From: Candidatus Omnitrophota bacterium
Lineage (GTDB): Bacteria; Omnitrophota; Gorgyraeia; Zapsychrales; Zapsychraceae
Direction of reading: 5' to 3'
DNA: 64,000 nucleotides
Assembly (NCBI GenBank): GCA_028280285.1
Contig: JANQMA010000003.1
Location: forward strand, 8,868-72,867
Shown: positions 1-8,990 of the stretch, in pieces
Layout of the letters: each line of letters begins with the position of its first letter
Position numbering within the stretch: position 1 is the first letter of the stretch
Translations under genes and position numbers: made by a program
Notes under the pieces: generated by a model
What the model saw: the letters and a program-made list of their open reading frames with translations, nothing else
The model's database searches: none
Told to the model about the DNA's origin: nothing

Positions 1-270
1 CGATTTTCCGGATTAAACTGCGCCCCGCGCCCTTTGGTGGATTTGGAGGAAAGAGGAGAAGAATTCATATTTCAATAATACCACACAAATGAATGCATTA
101 AAAGAAATTTTTAGGAGTAGAGGGATAAAGGAGCAAAGGGTTAAAGGGGCGATGCAATGATTTGACAGTATTAGGTAGAATAAAATCAGATCAAAAGTCT
201 TCTTGGCAGAAGCAATCCATTGTGGCATACTTGCTCTGGGAATAATACAAATAATACTAGTACTAAAAAT

Positions 271-3174
271 ATGAATTTTTTAAGAAATAAACTAGTTAAA
301 TATATTTGCGTCCAGACTGTTGTGGTTGTGTTTTTTATTACAACCTGTGGACCGGTCTCGTCTGTCTCGGCCCAAACAGGGCTTAACCTGCCAACACCAG
401 GCAGTGTTGTTTCTTTAAGCGCGTCTTTTACACCTGCACTCATTACGGGAATTAATCTTAATCCACAAGATCCTTTTCAAATCGATTTTATCATTCATCC
501 TGGTGATGCTGAGCTGTCTGATGAAGAGTTTTCTGATGAATCAATGAAGATGATTAAATACTTTCTGGCAGCGCTAACAGTGCCGGAAAAAGATATGTGG
601 GTCAATCTTTCACCATATGAAAAAGAGCGCATTATTCCCGATGGGTTTGGCGATACCGTGATGGGCCGGGACTTGCTTGCTCAAGATTACATGCTTAAGC
701 AGCTGACAGCTTCTCTAATGTCACCGGACAGTGAAACAGGTGCAGCATTTTGGCAAAAAGTTTCTCAGCAGTCCGGAGTTGAAGATATTCCAACGGAAAC
801 ATTATCGAAAGTGTGGATTGTTCCACAGCGGGCTAAAATTTATGAAACACCTCAAGGGGTGTTTGTGGTGGATAGCTATTTGGAGGTCTTGCTTGAGGAG
901 GACTATCTGACCCTAGCGAATAGCGAACAGCGTATAGCGGGTAGGAGTGTTCAGCAAACAGTTGATAACTCTCTAAACGCTAAACGCCATACGCTAAACG
1001 CTGAAGTAATGCGCGAAATCATTCTCCCTGCCATCGAAACCGAAGTCAATCAAGGCAAAACCTTCGCCCAACTACGCCAAATCACCAATGCGGTTATTCT
1101 CGCCAATTGGTATAAAGAAAACATACAAAGTAGTATTCTAAATAAAATCTATGCCGATCAAAATAAAACCGAAGGCGTGGATACCGAAGATAAAGAAATT
1201 ACCCAAAAGATTTACGATCAATACACCGCTGCTTTTCGCACAGGGGTTAACAACCTAATTAAGGAAGAATATGACCCGGCAACACAGCAAATCATTCCCC
1301 GCAAATACTTCTCGGGGGGAATGAATTATGCATCTATTGAAAATGAGCAATCATCTGATAGCGCCATGGTTACAAAGATGATTAAGCGTGCACGCAAGGT
1401 CAACGTTGCCCTTACAGGACGTTTTAAAACAACCGATAGAAAGTTCCAATTAATACTTGGTAATAACGATAAATTATATGTTGACCAAATTGAGGCCAGA
1501 GAAATTACAGATAAGGATAAAGATCGCAGAACGTTTGAAACCAAAGACATGATCATTAAGGTTTACAATAAAGCCTCTGTATTGTTTAATTTGAAAAAAG
1601 CAAAAGAGTTGACTACTCAATTTGATCAAAGGATTATACCGCCGATTATTGAAAAAGGGATTATGCGGCTAAAAAGTGGTGACCGCTATTACGTAATACA
1701 CCCTAAATCTGAAATAGATATGAATGATAAAAAGGTTGTTGAAATAGATATGAATGGTAATAAGGTTTTCATGAAGGATAAAGATTTTTTTGAAGAGTTT
1801 TTAGATGCGGATGATAAAAAAGAAGCCGTCAAAGTGCTTTTTGAAAAAACAATTGAACATAAGAGTCAATGGATAATCAAACCGGAAAATATTTTAATGG
1901 CCCAGGTACGAGGTCAATGGTATGCCTGGATTAAAGATGGCCAGGCTCAATTCCCAGAGAGCTTTGATCCGCTGATGGATAATTACAGCGAACTACCGAT
2001 ACCTAAAGATGAACTTGACCGTAATTATCACATTAGGCTTTTAAAAGAAAACTATTTGTTGATTTGGGAACAATTTCAAGGCGAGGAGTATATTTCACGG
2101 GTAAGGCCGATAGTAAGAAATGAAGCTGAATTGCCTTATGATGCACCAGTGTTATCCGTCATTGATCAATTGGCTGATTCTGCTTCAATCGTTACGGAAA
2201 AGAGCGCTCAAGATAGTATCATTGAGATAGACAGCGTTGAACAAAATAATTTGGGTAATGTATTTCTTGATAAATTTGATGAGGAATACCAGTTTTCTAT
2301 AGATAAAGATGAAGAAGAAACAAATACAATACCAAGCTTAGACTGGCTTACCGAAAACATAGGAGCTATGTTTACCGGCTTTTTCCAAAGAGGGTATTTT
2401 AGAAATCAATCGGAGCGGTCTGAAATTTATTCAACAGACAGAGCAATTAATCCAGAAATGTTTAGAAGTCAGCTAAATGCTTTTTATGGGTTCCTCAAAG
2501 AAAGAGGCGATATATCCTCTACAGAGTTTAGACAACTTGTTGTGGCCAAAGCGCATTTGGAGATGCTGGAAATAGAAGAAGATATCTTGCAAAAAGTGTT
2601 GGAGAGAACAGGTGAGACAAAGCTTTCCATAAGAAAACGGGAAGAAGAAATAGATAAATTGCGAAAAATACCGGCCTTTGGCCACAGACTTAATGACCGT
2701 GAGTATGAGAGGGATTACAATGCAGCCTATGATGAGCGTGAGTACTATGTTGCGTATCTTAATGCCCGGTATGAACAATATGGATTAAGCATTACGGCAG
2801 ATGAACTGAAAACTATGCAGGATCTGAGTGATTTTTTTGTCAAGGTTGCCAAGGCCAAAACACCTGTTTTAGTAGAAATTGAAAATGATATTCAAACAAA
2901 AAATGTTTCTGAAGAAAAGCAGTTAGAATTTAGTTTGAATGATAAAGCGGCCCTGGATAAAGAGGTCGGGGGGATTGACATGAATCCTGCCAACATTGCT
3001 GTTGAAAACGCGGGTGATTTCCGTTTTGAATTTGACATCGACCCGGCTGCCTTCGAAGACCTTCCGATAAACGGTTTGGTGCCTGTGATCATTAACATAA
3101 CACCAGTCACCAATATTCCACTGCTCTTAGGCCGCGGCGAATCTAATCCCGAAGAAGTTACTTACCTGAATTAG
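271..3174 (+). CDS. large secreted protein of unknown function (~967 aa)
   Basis: Long ORF. ATG at 271 gives N-terminus MNFLRNKLVKYICVQTVVVVFFITTCGPVSSVSAQ, which is signal-peptide like. No recognisable catalytic motif. Carries an in-frame palindromic repeat at ~920-1000. Confidence 0.6.
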   Translation: MNFLRNKLVKYICVQTVVVVFFITTCGPVSSVSAQTGLNLPTPGSVVSLSASFTPALITGINLNPQDPFQIDFIIHPGDAELSDEEFSDESMKMIKYFLAALTVPEKDMWVNLSPYEKERIIPDGFGDTVMGRDLLAQDYMLKQLTASLMSPDSETGAAFWQKVSQQSGVEDIPTETLSKVWIVPQRAKIYETPQGVFVVDSYLEVLLEEDYLTLANSEQRIAGRSVQQTVDNSLNAKRHTLNAEVMREIILPAIETEVNQGKTFAQLRQITNAVILANWYKENIQSSILNKIYADQNKTEGVDTEDKEITQKIYDQYTAAFRTGVNNLIKEEYDPATQQIIPRKYFSGGMNYASIENEQSSDSAMVTKMIKRARKVNVALTGRFKTTDRKFQLILGNNDKLYVDQIEAREITDKDKDRRTFETKDMIIKVYNKASVLFNLKKAKELTTQFDQRIIPPIIEKGIMRLKSGDRYYVIHPKSEIDMNDKKVVEIDMNGNKVFMKDKDFFEEFLDADDKKEAVKVLFEKTIEHKSQWIIKPENILMAQVRGQWYAWIKDGQAQFPESFDPLMDNYSELPIPKDELDRNYHIRLLKENYLLIWEQFQGEEYISRVRPIVRNEAELPYDAPVLSVIDQLADSASIVTEKSAQDSIIEIDSVEQNNLGNVFLDKFDEEYQFSIDKDEEETNTIPSLDWLTENIGAMFTGFFQRGYFRNQSERSEIYSTDRAINPEMFRSQLNAFYGFLKERGDISSTEFRQLVVAKAHLEMLEIEEDILQKVLERTGETKLSIRKREEEIDKLRKIPAFGHRLNDREYERDYNAAYDEREYYVAYLNARYEQYGLSITADELKTMQDLSDFFVKVAKAKTPVLVEIENDIQTKNVSEEKQLEFSLNDKAALDKEVGGIDMNPANIAVENAGDFRFEFDIDPAAFEDLPINGLVPVIINITPVTNIPLLLGRGESNPEEVTYLN

Positions 3175-4018
3175 CCAAAGACGAAAGCATTTGATCGAGT
3201 GCCTTGCCAACTCTTAAGATGGTGCAAAGTTTTTGAAATACTGAAAATCCTGTAAAGTTTACGCAAGGAGTATTGTTGGCATCAATAATATATAATGTGC
3301 CATCATGCCTATCTCTTAACGTATCAAGCTCTCCATAATCCATGCCGATATGTTCACAAAACTTAAGAATTTTTTTCAGTTCGTCTTTACTGAAATGATC
3401 TTGGGGAGGGATAACGCGGCCCTTAACGGAAATATTAAACCGGTCTTCAATAGGTGAGAGTTTGTAATAGACGAAAGGGATTGTTTTGTTAAAAACGGGA
3501 ACTCTTACCTCGGACACAAATTTTTCTTCCATTTCGGTATCAATCAGTTTTTGATAAACATATCCGTCTTCAGTCTTTTCGATGGGGCACTCAATAATTT
3601 TCCCATCATGTGCGCCGTTTTTATCGGATTTTTTTACGCAAAGGCCGGTATATGTTAATGGATTAACCATGGGTGAATAGCCGAATACTTTTTTGAAACA
3701 TGTATCGACATGTTGTTTGCTGATATCAAAACAGTTTTGATTAAGGACAGGGTATTTTTGGGATAGTTCTTTAATCGTGTCATTGGCTTTGCGAAAGGTC
3801 GTAGCTTCCCAGAAAATGGCAAGATCGTACTTATCGTTAACATCGTTTGTAATGCGCCAGCCGAAAAACCGGCCCATGTAAAGAAGGACATAACTATCAA
3901 AGCGTGGCTTTTCAGGATAGAGCAGAATACAGCGCGGGCGACCTAAAAGTCCGCGCACGCTATTAAGAAGTTTGCACCAAAGCGCAGTGATAAAAATACG
4001 AACAGCATGATATTTCAT
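3158..4018 (-). CDS. ATP-grasp fold protein (putative amide/peptide ligase)
   Basis: C-terminal GMDYGELDTLRDRHDGTLYIIDANNTPC resembles the ATP-grasp C-terminal motif (G.D..G.D.......G..YIIEVN..PG). Central GLCVKKSDKNGAHDGKII resembles the ATP-binding lysine/glycine-rich loop region. Confidence 0.45.
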   Translation of the reverse strand: MKYHAVRIFITALWCKLLNSVRGLLGRPRCILLYPEKPRFDSYVLLYMGRFFGWRITNDVNDKYDLAIFWEATTFRKANDTIKELSQKYPVLNQNCFDISKQHVDTCFKKVFGYSPMVNPLTYTGLCVKKSDKNGAHDGKIIECPIEKTEDGYVYQKLIDTEMEEKFVSEVRVPVFNKTIPFVYYKLSPIEDRFNISVKGRVIPPQDHFSKDELKKILKFCEHIGMDYGELDTLRDRHDGTLYIIDANNTPCVNFTGFSVFQKLCTILRVGKALDQMLSSLANSGK

Positions 4019-4032
4019 AAGGCAAAGAATTT

Positions 4033-5031
4033 TTATTTAATATGTTTAAAAAGAAACCTGCAGCTAAATGCGTCCTGCACGGCGGTGCCGGTTGAGATAA
4101 AAATAATTTTTTTGTTATTTTTTTTCTTTTTACCAATTAAAGGGCGGAGCTCCTCGACTATGTTCTTTTTTAAAGCGCCCGCTTTGCGCCAGCGATTCAT
4201 GTCGCCAAAGTAAATATTATCGAGTGAATCGGTAACTAAACGGCTTCCTTTAATAGTGTTTTTATGAAGTTCCGACAAGTTTTCGGCATCAGCCCCGACA
4301 CTTGAAATAAATTGAACTGTTTGTGTATTGTGGGCATTCACAAGGGCTTTGCGGGAATCTGTTGCTAAAAATAAAGCCTGCGCAGACCGGCATGTTTCAT
4401 TAAAATTCATGGTTTGGATGTGACAGCCTTTTTTGTTTCTAAATGCTTGTTTAAAGAGTTTCATTCTGTTTTTATTGATGTCGGTTACGTAAAAGTTTTT
4501 GATGCCGAGCCAGTCGTAGAGAAGGTTTGCTGTATAATAGCCGATGCGTCCCGCACCGATTAAACCAACAGACATATTTTTTTCAAAAGTTAAATGTTTA
4601 AGTGCAAGCACACTGATTGCGGCCGTGCGAAAAGATGAGAAAGCACAAACATCAAAAATACCCTCGACATAATTATCTTTTGGATGTAGGAGTAATGCTT
4701 TACCAACGGAAATTTTGTCTTTAACAGTTCTTTGCTCCTCATTGGTGCCGATAACTTTAACGGCTTTGATGGGGCTTCGATCAAAGCCGCCAATCACGCA
4801 AGGCATGACCCGAAAGTCACCTTTAAGCCCCGGTGTGGTGAAGACATTTTTGCGAGGATAGTCAACTATCGATTTTTTACTTTTGTAAAGCAGGTACAGT
4901 CTTTCTAATTGATTCATGTAGAGCTTGGTATGCTTCATCAGGGCCGCATGAATCTGCTTTTCGGTAAAATGTTTGCACGGTTCATCCTGCAGACGGAGGA
5001 GCTTTTGTTCGATTGTTTTCGGGCTGTTCAT
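4033..5031 (-). CDS. ornithine cyclodeaminase/mu-crystallin family NAD-binding protein
   Basis: VGLIGAGRIGYYTANLL Rossmann motif in the middle of a ~330 aa protein. Overall OCD/mu-crystallin-like layout. Confidence 0.6.
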   Translation of the reverse strand: MNSPKTIEQKLLRLQDEPCKHFTEKQIHAALMKHTKLYMNQLERLYLLYKSKKSIVDYPRKNVFTTPGLKGDFRVMPCVIGGFDRSPIKAVKVIGTNEEQRTVKDKISVGKALLLHPKDNYVEGIFDVCAFSSFRTAAISVLALKHLTFEKNMSVGLIGAGRIGYYTANLLYDWLGIKNFYVTDINKNRMKLFKQAFRNKKGCHIQTMNFNETCRSAQALFLATDSRKALVNAHNTQTVQFISSVGADAENLSELHKNTIKGSRLVTDSLDNIYFGDMNRWRKAGALKKNIVEELRPLIGKKKKNNKKIIFISTGTAVQDAFSCRFLFKHIK

Positions 5032-5122
5032 GAGACTAAGTTTAACATATGTTCAGAAGCCTTCCCAAAATTTTGGTAAAAAATTTAACTCAGGTTTAAG
5101 AATATTTCTGTATAATGACAGC

Positions 5123-5479
5123 ATGCCAACCAAGATAAACATCCGTATTGTAACCGGCGTGATATTACTTACCGTCCAGGTTTTGATGGTGATCTATGCC
5201 CGTTTTGACGAAGCGCGTTATTTCTGTTGGGCCCCGCATGATTCGCAAAACGAATATGCCATTTTTGCAACGGTTAATGACCAGACTTTAACACCCGATC
5301 AAATCCAAAAACGTTATCGTATTAAGCAAAAGGGCATAGATCCGCGCGCTATCCAGCACATTAAAGATATCATTGAACGTTATGAAACCACTTATGGGAA
5401 GGACAGTCCGGCTGAGGTAATTATGCATTACAGTACCAATGGGATTGAAAAACCATCCTGGAGATGGCCGAAGACATGA
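5123..5479 (+). CDS. small membrane-anchored protein (one N-terminal TM helix)
   Basis: Internal ATG at 5123 gives MPTKINIRIVTGVILLTVQVLMVIYARF followed by a soluble part. 3' end overlaps the next gene by 16 nt. Confidence 0.4.
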   Translation: MPTKINIRIVTGVILLTVQVLMVIYARFDEARYFCWAPHDSQNEYAIFATVNDQTLTPDQIQKRYRIKQKGIDPRAIQHIKDIIERYETTYGKDSPAEVIMHYSTNGIEKPSWRWPKT

Positions 5480-6537
5480 GCGTAAACCCTCTTAAAATTG
5501 TTAATAATGAAATGGAGCCGCAATTATTATTGACCGCCAAGGCGGTTGTGTTAGGTCTTATCTGCGGTAAATACTTTTTTAAACTCTCCGATCATTTTCT
5601 TCCTGTTTGGCCAATATTTGATTATTTAGGTCCGCCGCATGTGTTTGAAGCGGTTCTTAAGGTGCTCTTTATTTTTGGCTGCGCCGGAATTTTATTTAAC
5701 TGCCGTGTGCGTTTATGCTGTATTATTTTGGGACTGGTTTTTCTTATTACACCCCTATCGTCGATGGTCAGTTACCGCAATGCCAAAGTATTTACCGGAT
5801 TTTTGTTGTTTATGATAGGCCTTCACAAAAAAGGGGAGGTGCCGTGGCTTGTTCAAGCACAGGTGATTATATTGTATCTCGGAGCCGGTATTAATAAACT
5901 GTTTGAACCCGATTGGCAAACGGGTCAATATTTTGAGCATTGGATGCACAATATTATTAAAAATCCATATTACATTAATGCCACGATGCTCTTGCCACCG
6001 ATGATGCTTTCTAAGATTATGTGCTGGCTGACGATTGCTGTTGAGTTTATTTTCCCAATTACTTTGTGGAGGCGTTTTCATGTGTCTTTCTTTCTGTGGA
6101 CCGGCGTGCTTTTTCATGGTATGGCACTTATTTTATCGGGTGATGATTTCGGGGTCTTTTCGATCGCTGTTCTTTGTTCTTACTTTTCTTTTGTCAAATG
6201 GCCTGAGCTGATACGTGTATCTTTTAACGGTGATAATCTTTTACATAGAATTGCCAAAGGGATAGTAAACGTGTTTGGCTTTGATAACCATTTTGTTTGG
6301 CAGGAACAGGCTGGCGGCCCACTTGTGGCAACAATCAATAGTCAAACCCACACAGGCACTTTGGCGTTTAAAAAGATGGTGCTTTATCTGCCTATTTTTT
6401 ATTTAGCGGTGGCGGTCCTTATCAGTCTTGCGCCAACGGCTGCCCTTAAATCCAAATGCGCGTTGCTTCTTTATGTCTTGATTTTCCCGTTGCCGGAGGT
6501 GATAGGGTATTTGAAGCGCAAAAGGGAGAAGGCTTAG
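5464..6537 (+). CDS. polytopic membrane protein, possibly HTTM (vitamin-K-dependent carboxylase-like) fold
   Basis: About 8 predicted hydrophobic helices. Translationally coupled to the upstream small membrane protein. Family assignment is tentative. Confidence 0.45.
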   Translation: MAEDMSVNPLKIVNNEMEPQLLLTAKAVVLGLICGKYFFKLSDHFLPVWPIFDYLGPPHVFEAVLKVLFIFGCAGILFNCRVRLCCIILGLVFLITPLSSMVSYRNAKVFTGFLLFMIGLHKKGEVPWLVQAQVIILYLGAGINKLFEPDWQTGQYFEHWMHNIIKNPYYINATMLLPPMMLSKIMCWLTIAVEFIFPITLWRRFHVSFFLWTGVLFHGMALILSGDDFGVFSIAVLCSYFSFVKWPELIRVSFNGDNLLHRIAKGIVNVFGFDNHFVWQEQAGGPLVATINSQTHTGTLAFKKMVLYLPIFYLAVAVLISLAPTAALKSKCALLLYVLIFPLPEVIGYLKRKREKA

Positions 6538-6548
6538 GGGAACGAGTG

Positions 6549-6577
6549 TTGACATAAAAATACTTTTGTAGTAGGAT
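6549..6577 (+). promoter_or_regulatory. candidate sigma70 promoter for tRNA genes
   Basis: TTGACA (6549-6554), 17-nt spacer, TAGGAT (6572-6577), about 90 nt upstream of tRNA-Val. Confidence 0.35.
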
Positions 6578-6587
6578 AGGCGAACAT

Positions 6588-6660
6588 TTTGGGCGATTAG
6601 CTCCCCGCTACAAAACATAGCGGGTCCGCCAGGCAGTGTGGCGGAAGTTGGTTTGAAAAT
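6588..6660 (+). repeat. 15-nt duplicate of the tRNA-Val 5' end followed by two hairpins
   Basis: ttgggcgattagctc occurs at 6588-6602 and again at the true tRNA start (6663-6677). Between them lie the hairpins cccgctacaaaacatagcggg and tccgccaggcagtgtggcgga. Confidence 0.5.
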
Positions 6661-6665
6661 TCGTT

Positions 6666-6741
6666 GGGCGATTAGCTCAGTTGGTAGAGCATCTGACTTA
6701 CATTCAGAAGGTCATAGGTTCGATCCCTGTATCGCCCACCA
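6666..6741 (+). tRNA. tRNA-Val (anticodon TAC)
   Basis: Cloverleaf by eye: acceptor GGGCGAT/ATCGCCC, D-arm GCTC-AGTTGGTA-GAGC, anticodon stem TCTGA/TCAGA with loop CTTACAT, T-loop TTCGATC, encoded CCA. Confidence 0.85.
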
Positions 6742-6838
6742 TCCGCCACAATGTTTGGCGGATGATCCCGAGTGACTATCATTCGGATGGTGGGAACGAG
6801 GGACCAATTAATACATATAAAATTTCTTCTAAATTTTT

Positions 6839-6916
6839 GGGGCTGTAGTTCAGCCTGGTTAGAACGCCTGCCTGTCACGCAGGAGGTCGCCGGTTCAAAT
6901 CCGGTCAGCCCCGCCA
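6839..6916 (+). tRNA. tRNA-Asp (anticodon GTC)
   Basis: Acceptor GGGGCTG/CAGCCCC, anticodon stem CCTGC/GCAGG with loop CTGTCAC, T-loop TTCAAAT, encoded CCA. Confidence 0.85.
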
Positions 6917-6920
6917 TATA

Positions 6921-6958
6921 AAACGAGCTTCCACATTAGTGGGAGCTCGTTTTATTTT
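6921..6958 (+). terminator. rho-independent terminator after the tRNA pair
   Basis: aaacgagcttccac..gggagctcgtttt hairpin followed by a T-tract. Confidence 0.6.
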
Positions 6959-7055
6959 GTATGTTAGTTTTTTTATCTTACAATCGTTGAGCTGTGTTAT
7001 ACTATCTCAATTATTCCCCCCCGTTCGGTTTTCCCCTTAAACACAGGAGGAAAAC

Positions 7056-7618
7056 ATGTCTCAATTAATTCCCGAAGAAGTGGTTCTCACCAAGGTGTAT
7101 CATGTCCGCGGGCAGAAGGTAATGCTGGATCGTGATCTGGCTAGGCTTTATGGTGTTACCACTGGAAATTTAAACAAAGCTGTTAAACGGAATCAAAATA
7201 GATTTCCTGATGATTTTATGTTTCAATTAACTGCGGCAGAATGGGAATCTTTAAGATTCCAATTTGGAAGCTTAAAACGAGGGCAGCACCCTAAATACCT
7301 ACCGTATGCTTTTACTCAAGAGGGCATTGCAATGCTTTCCGGAGTTCTCAACAGTCCTCAAGCGATACAGGTTAATATCACGATCATGCGGGTATTTGCT
7401 AAATTAAGGGAAATTATGATGACCCATAAGGATTTAGTCGTCGCTTCGCTCCTCCTGTTGCTTCGCCTTTGGCGAAGCAAAAGACCTCCCAGTTTAAGGA
7501 GCTTCGCCGGCAGGTCGATGGGCATGACAAGACGATTAAAGCTATTCTGGATGCCATGCGGCGATTGCAGAATGATACGACTAAACCTAAGGGAGGAATT
7601 GGATTTCATTCGAAGTAA
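7056..7618 (+). CDS. ORF6N/KilA-N-like DNA-binding protein (phage antirepressor-like), apparently frameshifted near codon 127
   Basis: KVMLDRDLARLYGVTTGNLNKAVKRNQNRFPDDFMFQLT..YAFTQEGIAMLSGVLNSPQAIQVNITIMRVFAKLRE is the ORF6N pattern. The conserved C-terminus FKELRRQVDGHDKTIKAILDAMRRLQ is in the +2 frame after an inserted hairpin (7458-7483). Confidence 0.6.
7458..7483 (+). repeat. short palindromic element ttgcttcgcctttggcgaagcaaaag inside the ORF6N gene
   Basis: Near-identical to the rpsU terminator hairpin ctgcttcgctttgcgaagcaaagc at ~30352. Confidence 0.6.
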
Positions 7619-7743
7619 AACCTCTGAAAACGAGTGTCAGAACTGCCGAACATTGTGTTTTGTAATTACTTATGAGATAATTCTTAGACGAACAGAGTTC
7701 TGCCACCATTTTTTATAATGTCTCCAGAATCAATTAAAGGAAA

Positions 7744-8028
7744 ATGATTACGAGAAAATATTTAATTTTGGTTTTATCTGTATTGTTTCTTACTGGCTGT
7801 TCGCAATCTTTCTGGAATGAAGTTGCTAAAAATATGCAACAGCAAAATCAAAATTATGTAGATCCTCACTATGAAATGGATATGCGATTTAGACAGCAGT
7901 GGTCAGATAATCAAAATAATCCACAAAATGTTAACTATAACATGACTTGTGGGGTTAAACCTTTACCTAATATAGGTTGTACAATTGGACGTTGTGTAAA
8001 TGGGCAATGGGAGGAGATTTGCAATTAA
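7744..8028 (+). CDS. small lipoprotein with Cys-rich C-terminus
   Basis: MITRKYLILVLSVLFLTGC lipobox. Q/N-rich middle. C-terminal CGVKPLPNIGCTIGRCVNGQWEEICN. Confidence 0.5.
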   Translation: MITRKYLILVLSVLFLTGCSQSFWNEVAKNMQQQNQNYVDPHYEMDMRFRQQWSDNQNNPQNVNYNMTCGVKPLPNIGCTIGRCVNGQWEEICN

Positions 8029-8036
8029 GTGAGTAT

Positions 8037-8396
8037 TTATTTTTTTAATTTTTCAATAACTTTCGATCCATTTTTATAAACATCATCATGTAAACCACAA
8101 TAAATCAATACAGCATCATTCATTGTGTGTGTGGAAGATTCACAAAAACTACATTTTTTGGTGAGCACTTCTTTTTTACACTCTTTACACCCTAAAAATA
8201 GTGTCCTGAAACGATTGTTGCCTTTGGGGAATCCTCTAAATGGACTAAGGTTGGCCTTTTTAACATCGCCGCAATAAATACCAGCATTCATCAAAAACCG
8301 TTTCAGCTTTTTTCTTTGCGCAACGTGTTCTTTATTTTTGCTATTGAACACTTTTTTATATTCAGGGTGTTCGTGAACTGTAGGGCAACCGCTCAT
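8037..8396 (-). CDS. Cys-rich putative zinc-ribbon protein, unknown function
   Basis: CxxC pairs (GCKECKK, CSFCESS) and additional Cys/His. Start overlaps the upstream gene stop by 4 nt (ATGA). Confidence 0.45.
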   Translation of the reverse strand: MSGCPTVHEHPEYKKVFNSKNKEHVAQRKKLKRFLMNAGIYCGDVKKANLSPFRGFPKGNNRFRTLFLGCKECKKEVLTKKCSFCESSTHTMNDAVLIYCGLHDDVYKNGSKVIEKLKK

Positions 8397-8824
8397 CTTT
8401 TCTTAGAAGGGGCTTTTTTGGTTGATTTTTTAGATGGGGCGGGAAGATCATTAGGCGTTAAGAAGCCATATTGTTTTTCCATTTTGGTACAATATTTACT
8501 ATAGTGTTCGTAGGCGCGAGCAAAATTTTTTGCATCTTTTAGCAAAACAATACAAAAATCTTCATCTAAATCATTTTCGATATATGATAAAAGTTTATAT
8601 GTTGCTTGATAACATTTCTCTTGGCAATCTTCTTTTTTAGTTGCATCGTTTATTTTTGTAATAGTCATTTGAAGATCATTAAAGGCGTCATAGCAGTCTT
8701 TTGAAGAATTGTCTATTTCCTGTATGCTGTTCTCTACATATTTACGGACATGCTGTTTAAACTCTTTGATTTCTTCTTTGTAGTCTCTAACTCTTTTTTT
8801 TGCTTTTTCGATTACGGCACTCAT
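8393..8824 (-). CDS. alpha-helical protein with Lys-rich C-terminal tail, unknown function
   Basis: 143 aa, 5 Cys, predicted helical. Tail APSKKSTKKAPSKKR. First gene of a two-gene operon with an SD (aggagaat) and an extended -10 upstream. Confidence 0.45.
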   Translation of the reverse strand: MSAVIEKAKKRVRDYKEEIKEFKQHVRKYVENSIQEIDNSSKDCYDAFNDLQMTITKINDATKKEDCQEKCYQATYKLLSYIENDLDEDFCIVLLKDAKNFARAYEHYSKYCTKMEKQYGFLTPNDLPAPSKKSTKKAPSKKR

Positions 8825-8854
8825 TTGTAATTCTCCTATTTCTATCTATTCTCT

Positions 8855-8875
8855 AACATTAATTATACCACATAG
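8855..8875 (-). promoter_or_regulatory. extended -10 promoter (TGgTATAAT) for the 8824..8037 operon
   Basis: Reverse complement of 8862-8870 reads tggtataat, about 35 nt upstream of the start codon. Confidence 0.4.
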
Positions 8876-8990
8876 TTGTAAGAAGGGAAGCTTGTGAAAT
8901 GTCAAGAATTTCTATTATAATATCATAAATTGTATTGTAAATCAGTATATTTTTGTTGACCTACCAGTCTGGTAAAATTTCTTTTGTCAA

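Noticed and set aside
4007-4213. 68-aa plus-strand ORF
   Set aside because: Overlaps the 3' end of the OCD-family gene on the opposite strand; low-complexity F/L-rich translation.
6672-6917. 81-aa minus-strand ORF in the track
   Set aside because: It lies entirely across tRNA-Val and tRNA-Asp on the opposite strand, so it is a translation artefact of structured RNA genes.
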